This document shows, in pieces, positions 20,220-29,210 of a DNA stretch of 64,000 nt. The notes beneath the pieces are model-generated. The model saw only the letters and a program-made list of their open reading frames with translations. It made no database searches and was not told where the DNA came from. Both the position numbers and the translations under genes were made by a program. Each line of letters starts with the position of its first letter. Positions within the stretch are counted from its first letter, which is position 1. Origin of the DNA: Verrucomicrobiota bacterium (lineage in GTDB: Bacteria > Verrucomicrobiota > Verrucomicrobiia > Limisphaerales > UBA1100); contig JAOLZA010000002.1 of the NCBI GenBank assembly GCA_028343615.1, positions 1,515 to 65,514 on the forward strand. The letters run 5' to 3'.

Positions 20220-20792
20220 CTATTCTACCACATGAGATGCTGGAGGCAAAATCTCAACGATTTCTGCCAAATGATTTCCGTTCAGATTGCGGTGAATATT
20301 ACAGCGACCGTACAGTTCAGTAGAATCGGGTAATCCCAATGCCTCTGTGATGAGCGGATCAGAGTTTACCCGGAAATATGCTTGTGGACAGCTTTGGTGT
20401 AGTATGGTGTGATCTGCAAGGATGGTGCCAAGCGGCACGCTTTCGCCGAGAATCGATTCGCGCGCGGCTTCAGGGAATTGCTCGAGATGAATTGTAATCG
20501 CGCCAAACTCCACCGGGCGATTTTTATCGCCTGCTTCGAGGATGACCTCGCGCGTGTAAGCGGTTTCGGTTACCTCGCGGTTAACCATCCGCAGGTGAAT
20601 GCGTGCACCGTGAAAATGCTCAAGCGTGGGCGTCATATCATCGGCGTGAACGAGCAATTTTCGAAAAGGCTCGGGCATATCCGCGCCGTCGATGGGCAAC
20701 AGCTCGGGTGGGGCGACGCCGCCGCGTTGATAAAAATCGAGCAGAGGCTTCGCAGCGTCGTGCAGGGAAAGTGTAGGTGCGGGAGTGGACAT
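20220..20792 (-). CDS. Chorismate-lyase (UbiC/UTRA)-fold protein
   Basis: LLVHADDMTPTLE...REVIL...PVEFG...VPLGTIL...EIVEIL pattern resembling chorismate lyase/DUF98; TGATG overlap with the radical SAM gene. Confidence 0.65.
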   Translation of the reverse strand: MSTPAPTLSLHDAAKPLLDFYQRGGVAPPELLPIDGADMPEPFRKLLVHADDMTPTLEHFHGARIHLRMVNREVTETAYTREVILEAGDKNRPVEFGAITIHLEQFPEAARESILGESVPLGTILADHTILHQSCPQAYFRVNSDPLITEALGLPDSTELYGRCNIHRNLNGNHLAEIVEILPPASHVVE

Positions 20793-22132
20793 CAGGCGTA
20801 GCGTGCGTTGCGGTGTTCGGGCAAAAAGAATTCGTGCAGCAACCGGTCGACCTGCAAAAGGCCTTCGCGGTTGATACGCACGGTGTCACCGTCGATATTG
20901 AGGTAGCCCCATTCCTTGATGCGTCGGAGCGGTTCCGCGAAACGTTGTTGTGGATTCACGCCAAATTTTTTCTCAAAATAATTCAAACTTACTGAGCCCA
21001 ACTTGAGCTGCAAAATAAATTCACGAACCAGTCGCTCGTCATCGTTCGGTGTCAACGCGCGATGGATGGGTAACTCGCCGGCATTCACGCGCTCCACGTA
21101 CGGGTCGAAATCGTGATGGTTTTGATAATGCACACCGCCGATGTGGCCGAAAGATGCCACACCCAATGAAAGCAAATCGGCACCGGCCCAGAGTTGGTCG
21201 CGGTATTCGAAAGTAGTTTTTGCCTTGTCTTTCACCGCTGTATACGCGCTGCCGATAGTGTAACCGGCGGCTTCAAACTCGGCAAAGGCGTAATCTGTCC
21301 AGCGGCGTTTGGTTTCCCAATCGGCTACTGGTGCGCTGAGTTTTCCGTCCTCCTGCATCCGTTTGTAAATGGTGGTGTTGTATGGCACTTCCATTTGATA
21401 AACCGTCACGCTGTCGGGTGACATCTCGATGGTCTTGGCCACGCACGCCTTCCAGTTATCCTCCGTTTCATCGAGCATCCCCGCGATGAGATCAATGTTG
21501 ATTTGCGGGAAGCCCACTTCACGCGCAAAATTATAGGCGCGGTCAATCTCGCCTCCGCGATGTGCGCGGCCGTTAATTTCCAAAATGTGGTCATCAAAAT
21601 TCTCAACACCCAAGCTCAGCCGCGTGACGCCCACCTCGCGAATAATTTTCAGCTTCGCATCCGTCAATGTCCCCGGCTCGCACTCAAACGTCACCTCCTC
21701 CACCGCATCCCACGGCAGCAACGCCTTCATGCCATCGGTGAGATGTCGCAATTGTTTGGTGGAAAGATAACTCGGTGTGCCGCCGCCAAAATAAACAAAG
21801 CGAGGAGTGCGTTCGCCGATGAATGGTTTGCGCGCGTAAATCTCCAACTCTGTCAACGTGGCGTCGAGATAGTTTTTGATCGCCGCCGAATCCTTGTCTG
21901 TGTACACGCGAAAATAACAAAAGTGACATCGCTTGCGGCAAAACGGAATGTGTAAATAAAGCCCCAGCGGCGTTCCGTTGAAGGGGGGCTGCTCCATCGC
22001 ATCAATCACCTCCGGCACCGCATCCGTTTGCCAAAAAGAAAACGGGGGATAGTTCGAGACAAAATAATTGCCCACGGTCGTCTGGGTTTCCAGCTGCGGC
22101 TTGGCCGAGGATTCAGAGGGTGCGGTGCTCAT
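20792..22132 (-). CDS. HemN-like (class C) radical SAM enzyme
   Basis: LYLHIPFCRKRCHFCYF (CxxxCxxC), YFGGGTPS, RLSLGVE, INIDLIAG; ATGA overlap with upstream gene. Confidence 0.92.
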   Translation of the reverse strand: MSTAPSESSAKPQLETQTTVGNYFVSNYPPFSFWQTDAVPEVIDAMEQPPFNGTPLGLYLHIPFCRKRCHFCYFRVYTDKDSAAIKNYLDATLTELEIYARKPFIGERTPRFVYFGGGTPSYLSTKQLRHLTDGMKALLPWDAVEEVTFECEPGTLTDAKLKIIREVGVTRLSLGVENFDDHILEINGRAHRGGEIDRAYNFAREVGFPQINIDLIAGMLDETEDNWKACVAKTIEMSPDSVTVYQMEVPYNTTIYKRMQEDGKLSAPVADWETKRRWTDYAFAEFEAAGYTIGSAYTAVKDKAKTTFEYRDQLWAGADLLSLGVASFGHIGGVHYQNHHDFDPYVERVNAGELPIHRALTPNDDERLVREFILQLKLGSVSLNYFEKKFGVNPQQRFAEPLRRIKEWGYLNIDGDTVRINREGLLQVDRLLHEFFLPEHRNARYA

Positions 22133-23238
22133 TTCTTTTTTGTGCCGAGGCAATACAACGTGCCGTCCTCGCTGCCGATGATTATTTTTCCGTCCACCAC
22201 CGCCGGCGAAGCCGTGATGCTGTCCTCTGTTTCAAAACTCGAAAGCAGTTTGCCATCCTTTAGCCGCACGATGTATAGCCGCCCATCATTCGATCCCACA
22301 ATCACCTTGCTGCCGCACACCACCGGCGAACTATTCACCTGTCCGCGCGTGCTGAAGGTCCACACTGCTTTGCCGTTATCGCGTCGCACGCAGTGCAGTC
22401 GTTTGTCTTCGCCGCCGAATAGCACGCGGTCTTTTGTGAGCGCTGGTGAGGACGAATAAGGGAACAGTCGGTCCTTATATTGCCACACCACTTTCTCCGA
22501 TTTGAGGTCGATGCACAAAAACGCGCAGTCGTGATGGCCCACATACGCACGCCCGTCTTCTGCGGCGATGCTGCCAATGATGTGAGACTGTGCATCAATG
22601 GATTTGTCGCGCTTGCCCTTGGCAATGTCGATGATGTGCAGCATCGCATCGCAGCCGCCAAACATTGTGCGGCCATTGCTCAATGCTGGCGAGCCATTCA
22701 CATAATTTTCCGATTCGTATTCCCAAATCTTTTTGCCGGTCTTCGCATTGAGGCAATAAAGAAAAAAATCGTGGCTGCCGATAATGATGTAGGTTTGCTT
22801 GCCATCGGGACTTTTGGTCCAATTCGGTCCACCGGTGATTTGGTCGCCCGTTTCATATTTCCAAATCTCCTTACCGGTCTTTGCGTTCAACGCAAAAAAC
22901 ATTCCAAAGCTGTTACCGAAAAAAACTCGTCCGTCCAAAAACAAGGCTGGCGCTTCAATGGGTTCTTTTGCATCAAACTCCCAAAGCTTTTTGCCATCGG
23001 CCAAATTCAGCGCATAAAATTTCCCATCATCAGCGCCAAAATAAACACGTCCATCGCCTACTACGACAGAAGCTCTCACTGGTTCATTGGCATCAAATTT
23101 CCATAGCACCGCTGGTTTATCCGGCACCGCCCCCGCAGCTACGCCGGTGAGACCGCGATTGCCCCGGAAAATAGGCCAATCCGCCCCGCACAACATCGGT
23201 GCGAGCAGAATGATAAAGGTTAGAATCCAGTGTTTCAT
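22129..23238 (-). CDS. PQQ-like/BamB-type beta-propeller repeat protein, secreted
   Basis: Signal peptide, DWPIFRG, repeated LNAKTGKEIWKY / SSPVV..G.VIVGS.DG units. Confidence 0.9.
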   Translation of the reverse strand: MKHWILTFIILLAPMLCGADWPIFRGNRGLTGVAAGAVPDKPAVLWKFDANEPVRASVVVGDGRVYFGADDGKFYALNLADGKKLWEFDAKEPIEAPALFLDGRVFFGNSFGMFFALNAKTGKEIWKYETGDQITGGPNWTKSPDGKQTYIIIGSHDFFLYCLNAKTGKKIWEYESENYVNGSPALSNGRTMFGGCDAMLHIIDIAKGKRDKSIDAQSHIIGSIAAEDGRAYVGHHDCAFLCIDLKSEKVVWQYKDRLFPYSSSPALTKDRVLFGGEDKRLHCVRRDNGKAVWTFSTRGQVNSSPVVCGSKVIVGSNDGRLYIVRLKDGKLLSSFETEDSITASPAVVDGKIIIGSEDGTLYCLGTKKK

Positions 23239-23400
23239 AGTGGGAAACGTCCTTCAATGGACGTGAACCGCTCCATTCGCTTTCAGAAAACATCCTCCAA
23301 AATCAGGCAAAATGCAACGCAAAAAGTACGTGAACGTATGGTATTGCCCCTTTTTAAACTTCCCTTGCTGCCTTGGGAATTTAGTATTAAAAAAAAGCCC

Positions 23401-24489
23401 ATGAATCCCCGCGAGGCGTTGTTGGCGCTCAATCTGTTGCCGGAGGTCGGGCCGGTGGGGATGCGGCGGTTGTTGGAGCAGTTCGGCGATGCGCCAACCG
23501 TGCTCGCCGCGCCGGCGCGGGCGTTGATGGAGGTGGACCGCATCGGCCCGAAAGTGGCCGGGCTGATCACGCGTTGGGAAAACCACGTGGACCTCGCGGG
23601 GGAGTTGGAGCGCATCCGGAATTTTGACTGCACGTTGCTTACGCAGGAAGATGATTTGTATCCGCCTTTGTTGCGCGAAATCTATGACCCACCGATTATC
23701 CTCTATGTGCGCGGCAAAATGGAGGAACGCGACAGGCACGCCATTGCGATGGTGGGCACACGGCAATCCACGCTCTACGGCCGCGAAGCGTGCGGACGAT
23801 TGGCCGGCCAACTCGCCGCCAGTGGCATCACGGTGGTCAGTGGCGGTGCGCGTGGCATCGACACCGCCGCGCACGAAGCCGCACTGCGCGTCGGCGGGCG
23901 AACCATCGCTGTGCTCGGCACCGGCATGGATATTGTTTACCCCGCTGAAAACATCGAACTCTTCAAAAACATCGTCCAGAGTGGCGCGGTAATCACGCAA
24001 TTCCCATTCGGCCGCCGCGGCGACAAGCAAAGTTTTCCCATTCGCAACCGCATCGTCGCGGGCATGACGCAAGGCACCATTGTCGTCGAGGCCAATCGCT
24101 CCAGCGGTGCGCTTATCACTGCTAACTTCTCCGTCGAATATGGCCGCACCGTTTACGCCGTGCCCGGACGCATCGATTCCCCGCGCAGTGCCGGTTGTCA
24201 CGGTTTGATAAAAGACGGCGCGCAACTTTGCGAATCCGCCGAGGATGTTCTGGCGGAGTTCGCCAACCACAATTACAGTTCTAATGAGCAACCCGAGTTG
24301 CCGTTGCCCGCGCTCACGTCCGCCGAGCAAACCATTTACAACGTACTTACCCACGAGGAAATGCAGCAGGACGCTATCATCCGCCGCAGCGAGCTGCCGC
24401 CCGCCCAAGTCTCCGTAGCACTCCTCCAGCTCGAGATGAAAAAACTAATCCAACAACACCCCGGCCGCATCTTCACCCGTGCGCGTTAA
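23401..24489 (+). CDS. dprA: DNA-processing protein DprA
   Basis: YPPLLREIYDPP, VSGGARGIDTAAH, FPIRNRIVAG, SGALITA, C-terminal winged helix. Confidence 0.96.
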   Translation: MNPREALLALNLLPEVGPVGMRRLLEQFGDAPTVLAAPARALMEVDRIGPKVAGLITRWENHVDLAGELERIRNFDCTLLTQEDDLYPPLLREIYDPPIILYVRGKMEERDRHAIAMVGTRQSTLYGREACGRLAGQLAASGITVVSGGARGIDTAAHEAALRVGGRTIAVLGTGMDIVYPAENIELFKNIVQSGAVITQFPFGRRGDKQSFPIRNRIVAGMTQGTIVVEANRSSGALITANFSVEYGRTVYAVPGRIDSPRSAGCHGLIKDGAQLCESAEDVLAEFANHNYSSNEQPELPLPALTSAEQTIYNVLTHEEMQQDAIIRRSELPPAQVSVALLQLEMKKLIQQHPGRIFTRAR

Positions 24490-24504
24490 ATTAAGGATTG
24501 GTAA

Positions 24505-24717
24505 CTATTCGCGCTCTGCTCCAGCATACTCACTGGGCATTATGACGCCTCGTAATTGCCGATGATGATGCTCGGTGCAAGTGGTTGTCGAACCAAGGGT
24601 GGTCGCAATCTGGATTATCTCAATAACACCAACCGCCTGTTCTTGAGCATGATGAACAGAATGAACGTTACGCCAAAAACCTTTGCCGCCATGCTCGTGC
24701 CATTGGATGAAGTTTAG
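24505..24717 (+). pseudogene. Remnant of the 3' end of a DUF1552-family gene
   Basis: Translates LFALCSSILTGHYDAS*LPMMMLGASG...GRNLDYL...LFLSMMNRMNV...LDEV*, resembling the C-terminus of the intact DUF1552 protein at 33874-35211; in-frame TAA at 24553-24555. Confidence 0.65.
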
Positions 24718-24733
24718 TTCGGTAGGTTTTCGT

Positions 24734-24762
24734 TTGCGATCTTCGGCTGGCACGCTTAGCCT
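24734..24762 (+). promoter_or_regulatory. Sigma70-like leaderless promoter
   Basis: TTGCGA-17 nt-TAGCCT-6 nt-ATG(24769). Confidence 0.6.
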
Positions 24763-24768
24763 CGGTGC

Positions 24769-25623
24769 ATGAACCGACGCACTTTTATTCAAAAAACCGG
24801 AGCTGCTGCTGCAGTGGCTGCCACCACGCAACTTCAGGCTGCTGAAAAAAAACGTGAACGGGCGAATCAGGGGCTTATTTTCAAGTCCACAAAATTTGGC
24901 GGACGGCCGAATTTGGATCGGATGCGCAAGCTGAAGGCGCTGGGGTTTGATGGCATCGAAGGCAGTGCGCCGGGAATGGACATCGCCGGGCTGCGCAAGG
25001 CGTGTGCGGAGGTGGAGCTGCCGATGCACGGGGTAGTTTACAACAAACACTGGCAGAAGCGGCTTTCCTCGCCGGATAAAACTACGCGCGACGAAGGTCG
25101 GAAGGGGTTGGAGGCGGCGATTCGTGAATCGAAGGCGGTGGGTGGTTCGTCGGTGTTGTTGGTGCCGGGCGCGGTAAAAGGCGCCAACGAGACGCACGAG
25201 CAGGTTTGGGAACGTTCCATCACCGAGATTCGTAAGGTGATTCCGCTGGCCAGCAAGCTTGGTATTCATGTGCTCATCGAGACGGTTTGGAATGGCTTTT
25301 GCTACAAGCCGGAGCAGTTTCGCGACTACATAGATGAAATCAACAATCCGTGGGTGCAGGCGTATTACGACATTGGTAACATGCAAAAATTCGCGCCGAG
25401 CCACGAGTGGATTCGCATCCTCGGCAATCGCAACGTGAAGCTGGACGTGAAGGATTGGGGCAAGAAAAATGGCTTCTGCCCGCTCGGCCAAGGCGATGTG
25501 GAGTGGGACAAAGTACGCGCGGAGCTGAAGAAGATTGGCTTCTCCGGTTGGGTCACGCGCGAGGGCAGCGACGGCGGCGATGACAAGACAGCGAAGCTGA
25601 TGGACGAGCTGCTCGACCTTTAG
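24769..25623 (+). CDS. Tat-exported sugar phosphate isomerase/epimerase (xylose-isomerase-like TIM barrel)
   Basis: MNRRTFI Tat signal; GFDGIE, IETVWNGF, YYDIGN, KLDVKD, LGQGDVEW. Confidence 0.9.
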   Translation: MNRRTFIQKTGAAAAVAATTQLQAAEKKRERANQGLIFKSTKFGGRPNLDRMRKLKALGFDGIEGSAPGMDIAGLRKACAEVELPMHGVVYNKHWQKRLSSPDKTTRDEGRKGLEAAIRESKAVGGSSVLLVPGAVKGANETHEQVWERSITEIRKVIPLASKLGIHVLIETVWNGFCYKPEQFRDYIDEINNPWVQAYYDIGNMQKFAPSHEWIRILGNRNVKLDVKDWGKKNGFCPLGQGDVEWDKVRAELKKIGFSGWVTREGSDGGDDKTAKLMDELLDL

Positions 25624-27566
25624 GCGCAGCTTTTTAGCACAATTTCAAACTCCAGTCCGGAAGGCTTGCGGTTCCGGCAGGTGACGGTTCCGTGGCAGGC
25701 CTCGACGCATGTTTTGACGATGGCCAAGCCGAGGCCCGCGCCGCCGGTGGCACGGTTGCGGTCGAGTTCTGGGCGATAGAAGGGATCGAAAATCTTCGGC
25801 AAACTTTCCTCAGGCAATCCCGGGCCGCTGTCGGTAATGAGCAGGGACAGTGTTTCGTTCTCACGTTCGGCGGACACGTTGATGGGACCGGCATCGCCGG
25901 CGTATTGAATGGCGTTGCGGAGGAGGTTGCCAAGCGCAAGCGACAATCGCTGCGCGTTTGCGGTTACCGAGAACTCCTTATTGACCGAAATTTTCACCGT
26001 TGAATTTTTGACGCCTTCCCGTTCCATTACGCGATCGATGATTTCGTGAAGGTTCACCGGTTCCAGTTTAATGGACTTTGGCTTCACACCTTCCTGCGAA
26101 AAAAGAAGCAGCTCGTTGACCAGCTCGGACATGTGCTCCACTTCGTACTGGACATCCAGCACGTATTTTTTTTGCTGATCATCCGCGCGTTGATCGAGGA
26201 TGCCGAGGGCAACCTGAATGCGCGCAATGGGGGAGCATAGCTCGTGTGAGATGTCGCCGAGAAATCGCCGCTGGCCCTTCACGAAGCCATCGAGCCGGTC
26301 CGCCATGTGGTCCACCGCTTGGCCGACGCGGCCGATTTCGTCGGTGCGCGATGTGCTGACACGCGTGTCGAAATTTCCCTCTGCAATTTGTTCTGTGGCG
26401 GCGGTGATTTTGGCGATGGGCTGGGTGATGTTGCGCACCATCGGCAACCAGAAAAGTACTGAGAGCACGACGGCCAAGATGAGGATATTCACCCATCGCA
26501 ATGGATCGGAAAAGAGACCAGCGCCGCTCATTGTGTCGGACACCGTAACCAGTGTTGCAAAGTACTGGGCTTGGTTCCGCCCTCGTTGAACCCGGCGTAG
26601 TCCGAGGAGTTTTTCGTTGGGAAGTTCTTCGCTTCCCTCGGCCTGAACCACCACTGGAATATCTACTCCCGCCCAATACCGCGCTTGGGGCTTATCGGTT
26701 TTGATCATAAAAACCGCAGTGGGTCGATTAGGGGTTCCGCTCAGCGAAGGAGATCCTTTTTGTGGTGATCCAGATATGTTTCCGCTGTTGCCGCTACGGT
26801 TGGGCGAGCCTGCTTTGCCGCGCTGTAGCAGCCAGGTTTCCAATTCAGCTTTGCTTAATTGTTTGTCTTTGTTGGTGTCGGCCTCGGTCATTATTTCTGT
26901 GGTTTGTTCGGGCCTGAAAGGGTTCCGTCGGCGGCTGAAAGGAGAGTTACTTCGGGTTCCACGCTGCCCCATTTCCTCATATTTTTTGCGTTGCTCTTCA
27001 TTAAGCAACTCATCCATCTTTTTCTGATAGTCCTGCATGATTTCACTGAGTAACTCGCGCGACTGGACGATACGTTCTTCCCGTGGCAATTCTCGCAGGG
27101 CGGAGTTGGTCCACATACTGCGAAGAGCCTGATCACGCCCGAGCCTGACGGCGGAATATTTCCCGCGTTGTTCTTCGTTCAACTGGAGTTGATCGGCTAA
27201 GGTCGGGGGACGTTCACGGGGTGGTCTGGGGCGGGGGAGGTCGGCGATTTTTTCGCGAACTTCGGCGGGGATTTTCAGGGAATCACCTACCAGTGATTGG
27301 CCGTTGGTCCCCATCAGATGAAATTCTACTTTGTAGATTTCAGAAAACTTTTCTAGCTCGCTTGCCCAATCCTCGCGCAGCCGGTTGGTGAGTCCATCGG
27401 AGATGACTTGAGCCACTTGTCGCACCCGTTGCTCCGATGGGCCAACGAATGGCGAGCCGGGGCCGATTTGGAATTCGTAGACCGCCCAGATCATTGCACC
27501 AATCAGGAGCAGGTTCAAAAAGAACCAGGCGAGTATTTTGGTAAAAAGTGTGCCGCGGATGTTCAT
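25620..27566 (-). CDS. Sensor histidine kinase (CpxA-like) with extended extracytoplasmic domain
   Basis: Two TMs, HAMP, DISHELCSP H-box, NLLRNA, DSGPG, FDPFYR, GAGLGLAI. Confidence 0.95.
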   Translation of the reverse strand: MNIRGTLFTKILAWFFLNLLLIGAMIWAVYEFQIGPGSPFVGPSEQRVRQVAQVISDGLTNRLREDWASELEKFSEIYKVEFHLMGTNGQSLVGDSLKIPAEVREKIADLPRPRPPRERPPTLADQLQLNEEQRGKYSAVRLGRDQALRSMWTNSALRELPREERIVQSRELLSEIMQDYQKKMDELLNEEQRKKYEEMGQRGTRSNSPFSRRRNPFRPEQTTEIMTEADTNKDKQLSKAELETWLLQRGKAGSPNRSGNSGNISGSPQKGSPSLSGTPNRPTAVFMIKTDKPQARYWAGVDIPVVVQAEGSEELPNEKLLGLRRVQRGRNQAQYFATLVTVSDTMSGAGLFSDPLRWVNILILAVVLSVLFWLPMVRNITQPIAKITAATEQIAEGNFDTRVSTSRTDEIGRVGQAVDHMADRLDGFVKGQRRFLGDISHELCSPIARIQVALGILDQRADDQQKKYVLDVQYEVEHMSELVNELLLFSQEGVKPKSIKLEPVNLHEIIDRVMEREGVKNSTVKISVNKEFSVTANAQRLSLALGNLLRNAIQYAGDAGPINVSAERENETLSLLITDSGPGLPEESLPKIFDPFYRPELDRNRATGGAGLGLAIVKTCVEACHGTVTCRNRKPSGLEFEIVLKSCA

Positions 27567-27573
27567 GAAAAAA

Positions 27574-28329
27574 TCATTGCTGAATCATCATGTAACCGAC
27601 CGACCGGACGGTTTGGATGAAGTTGGGTGCCTTGGGGTCATCGCCCAGTTTCTGGCGCAGGGCGCTCACGTGGACATCGATCGACCGGTCGAACACATCG
27701 TAATCGCGTCCGGCCACGTCATCGAGAATTTGTTCGCGCGAACGCACTCGTCCGCGCGCGCGCATGAGGCTCAGCAGCAGGTCGAACTCCAGTGAGGTCA
27801 GCTTTAACGGATCATCCCCCAACGCAGCGGTACGTGAGCCGGGCGAGATTATCAGATCGCCATTGGTGAGGTCCGCCTCGATTTCCGATCCATCTTTCGC
27901 ACGGTCGTCTGACTGACTGCGCCGCATCACCGCGCGTAGGCGGGCCAATAATTCGCGCGTGGAGAATGTCTTGGGCAGATAATCATCGGCGCCGATCTCC
28001 AGCCCCACCACCCGGTCGGCCTCATCGCCACGCCCAGTAAGCATCAGCACTGGCACATTGGATTCGTGTCGGATGGCCTTGAGCACTTCAAACCCGTCCA
28101 TCCCCGGCAGCATCACATCCAGAATCACCGCGCGGTAATTGCCGTTGAGCACTTTCTCCAATCCCTCAGGGCCAGTGTTGGCCGAGGCCACATCGTATCC
28201 GAGCGGTGCGAGGTAATCGCGAATTAACTCACACAACTTCGGGTCATCATCAATGATGATCACTGGCGTAGCCACACTGGCTGAACCCGGCACAGCGCCT
28301 TCGGGCTGCATGTTCATCGTTTGACTCAT
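27574..28329 (-). CDS. OmpR-family response regulator (CpxR-like)
   Basis: IIDDD, LDVMLPG, GLEIGADDYLPK, DRSIDVHVSALRQKL, IQTVRSVGY; start could be 28317 or 28311. Confidence 0.95.
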   Translation of the reverse strand: MSQTMNMQPEGAVPGSASVATPVIIIDDDPKLCELIRDYLAPLGYDVASANTGPEGLEKVLNGNYRAVILDVMLPGMDGFEVLKAIRHESNVPVLMLTGRGDEADRVVGLEIGADDYLPKTFSTRELLARLRAVMRRSQSDDRAKDGSEIEADLTNGDLIISPGSRTAALGDDPLKLTSLEFDLLLSLMRARGRVRSREQILDDVAGRDYDVFDRSIDVHVSALRQKLGDDPKAPNFIQTVRSVGYMMIQQ

Positions 28330-28390
28330 GGCATGTTGTTTTTCGCAGAAGAAGACAGATTACCTGTTTTCGTGCATTTTTTCCCTGAAC

Positions 28391-28405
28391 TTTACAACAT
28401 TTTAC
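28391..28405 (-). promoter_or_regulatory. CpxR-type binding box
   Basis: Reverse complement reads GTAAA-ATGTT-GTAAA, the GTAAA-N5-GTAAA consensus, between the regulator and the divergent ECF sigma. Confidence 0.7.
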
Positions 28406-28500
28406 AATTTTCAGGCCCCGCTCACACAACTCCTTTACATCCATCGAGTCTAATTAATCAAGCAGATGCGATGCATCCAACTCAATCGAATGGAATAATG

Positions 28501-29187
28501 ATGAACACAATGAGCACGATGATGGTGGGAATGGCCGATTGCGCGGTGCGCAGCGTGGAGAACGAATCGGATGCCGCGATTCTTCGTCGCATTCGCAAAG
28601 GCGAGCCGGAGGCCTTCGAGATTTTGGTGGCACGTTATAAAAATCGGGTGTTCGGAATCCTGACCCATTACGAGCGGGATGCGCAGAAGGTGGAGGACCT
28701 TGCGCAGGATACATTTCTCAAGGCATGGCGCAATTTGGAACAGTACCGCGCCAAGTCGCCTTTCGAGCATTGGCTCTCCCGCATTGCCAGTAACGTGGCG
28801 CGCGATCATCTGCGCCGCATTCAGCGGCGCATCCGCGAAACCAGCTTCGAGGATCTCGGCGAAGGCTCCATCGATTGGCTGAGCACTGGAAACATCAACC
28901 GGCAACTCAAGGTTCGCGAAGCGCGCCAACTGCTCGAATACGCCATGCAGGCCCTCACCCCTCTCAGCCGCGTGATCCTAACCCAGCGCGAAATCGAAGG
29001 CCGCAGCCTGAAGGAGGTCAGTGAACTCACCGGTCAATCCGTTGACTCCGTAAAAGTCCGCTGCCATCGTGCTAAGATCAAAATGCGCGAGGCCCTCCAG
29101 CAACTTCAGAAAAAAGAAAACCGCGCCAGCGACTCGGCGAAAACCGATTGGCAGCCGTACTTGGAAGTCGCCCCACTCGCCGTTTAA
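28501..29187 (+). CDS. ECF-family RNA polymerase sigma factor
   Basis: AFEILVARY, VEDLAQDTFLKAW, FEHWLSRIASN, region 4 GRSLKEVSELTG..VKVRCHRAK; exact start uncertain (28471-28531). Confidence 0.92.
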   Translation: MNTMSTMMVGMADCAVRSVENESDAAILRRIRKGEPEAFEILVARYKNRVFGILTHYERDAQKVEDLAQDTFLKAWRNLEQYRAKSPFEHWLSRIASNVARDHLRRIQRRIRETSFEDLGEGSIDWLSTGNINRQLKVREARQLLEYAMQALTPLSRVILTQREIEGRSLKEVSELTGQSVDSVKVRCHRAKIKMREALQQLQKKENRASDSAKTDWQPYLEVAPLAV

Positions 29188-29210
29188 CCTCCGTTTCCGC
29201 GCCAATTCTC

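Noticed and set aside
20792-22132. Gene symbol hemN or hemW
   Set aside because: Diagnostic RNFQGY / HNxxYW motifs are absent and context is not heme synthesis
22129-23238. bamB
   Set aside because: No clear lipobox-led BamB context (no der/hisS neighbours); such propellers are highly expanded in PVC genomes
23254-24408. 384-aa minus-strand ORF
   Set aside because: Antisense to dprA, which has unambiguous motifs
24505-25491. 328-aa minus-strand ORF
   Set aside because: Antisense to the TIM-barrel gene and the DUF1552 remnant; no recognisable family
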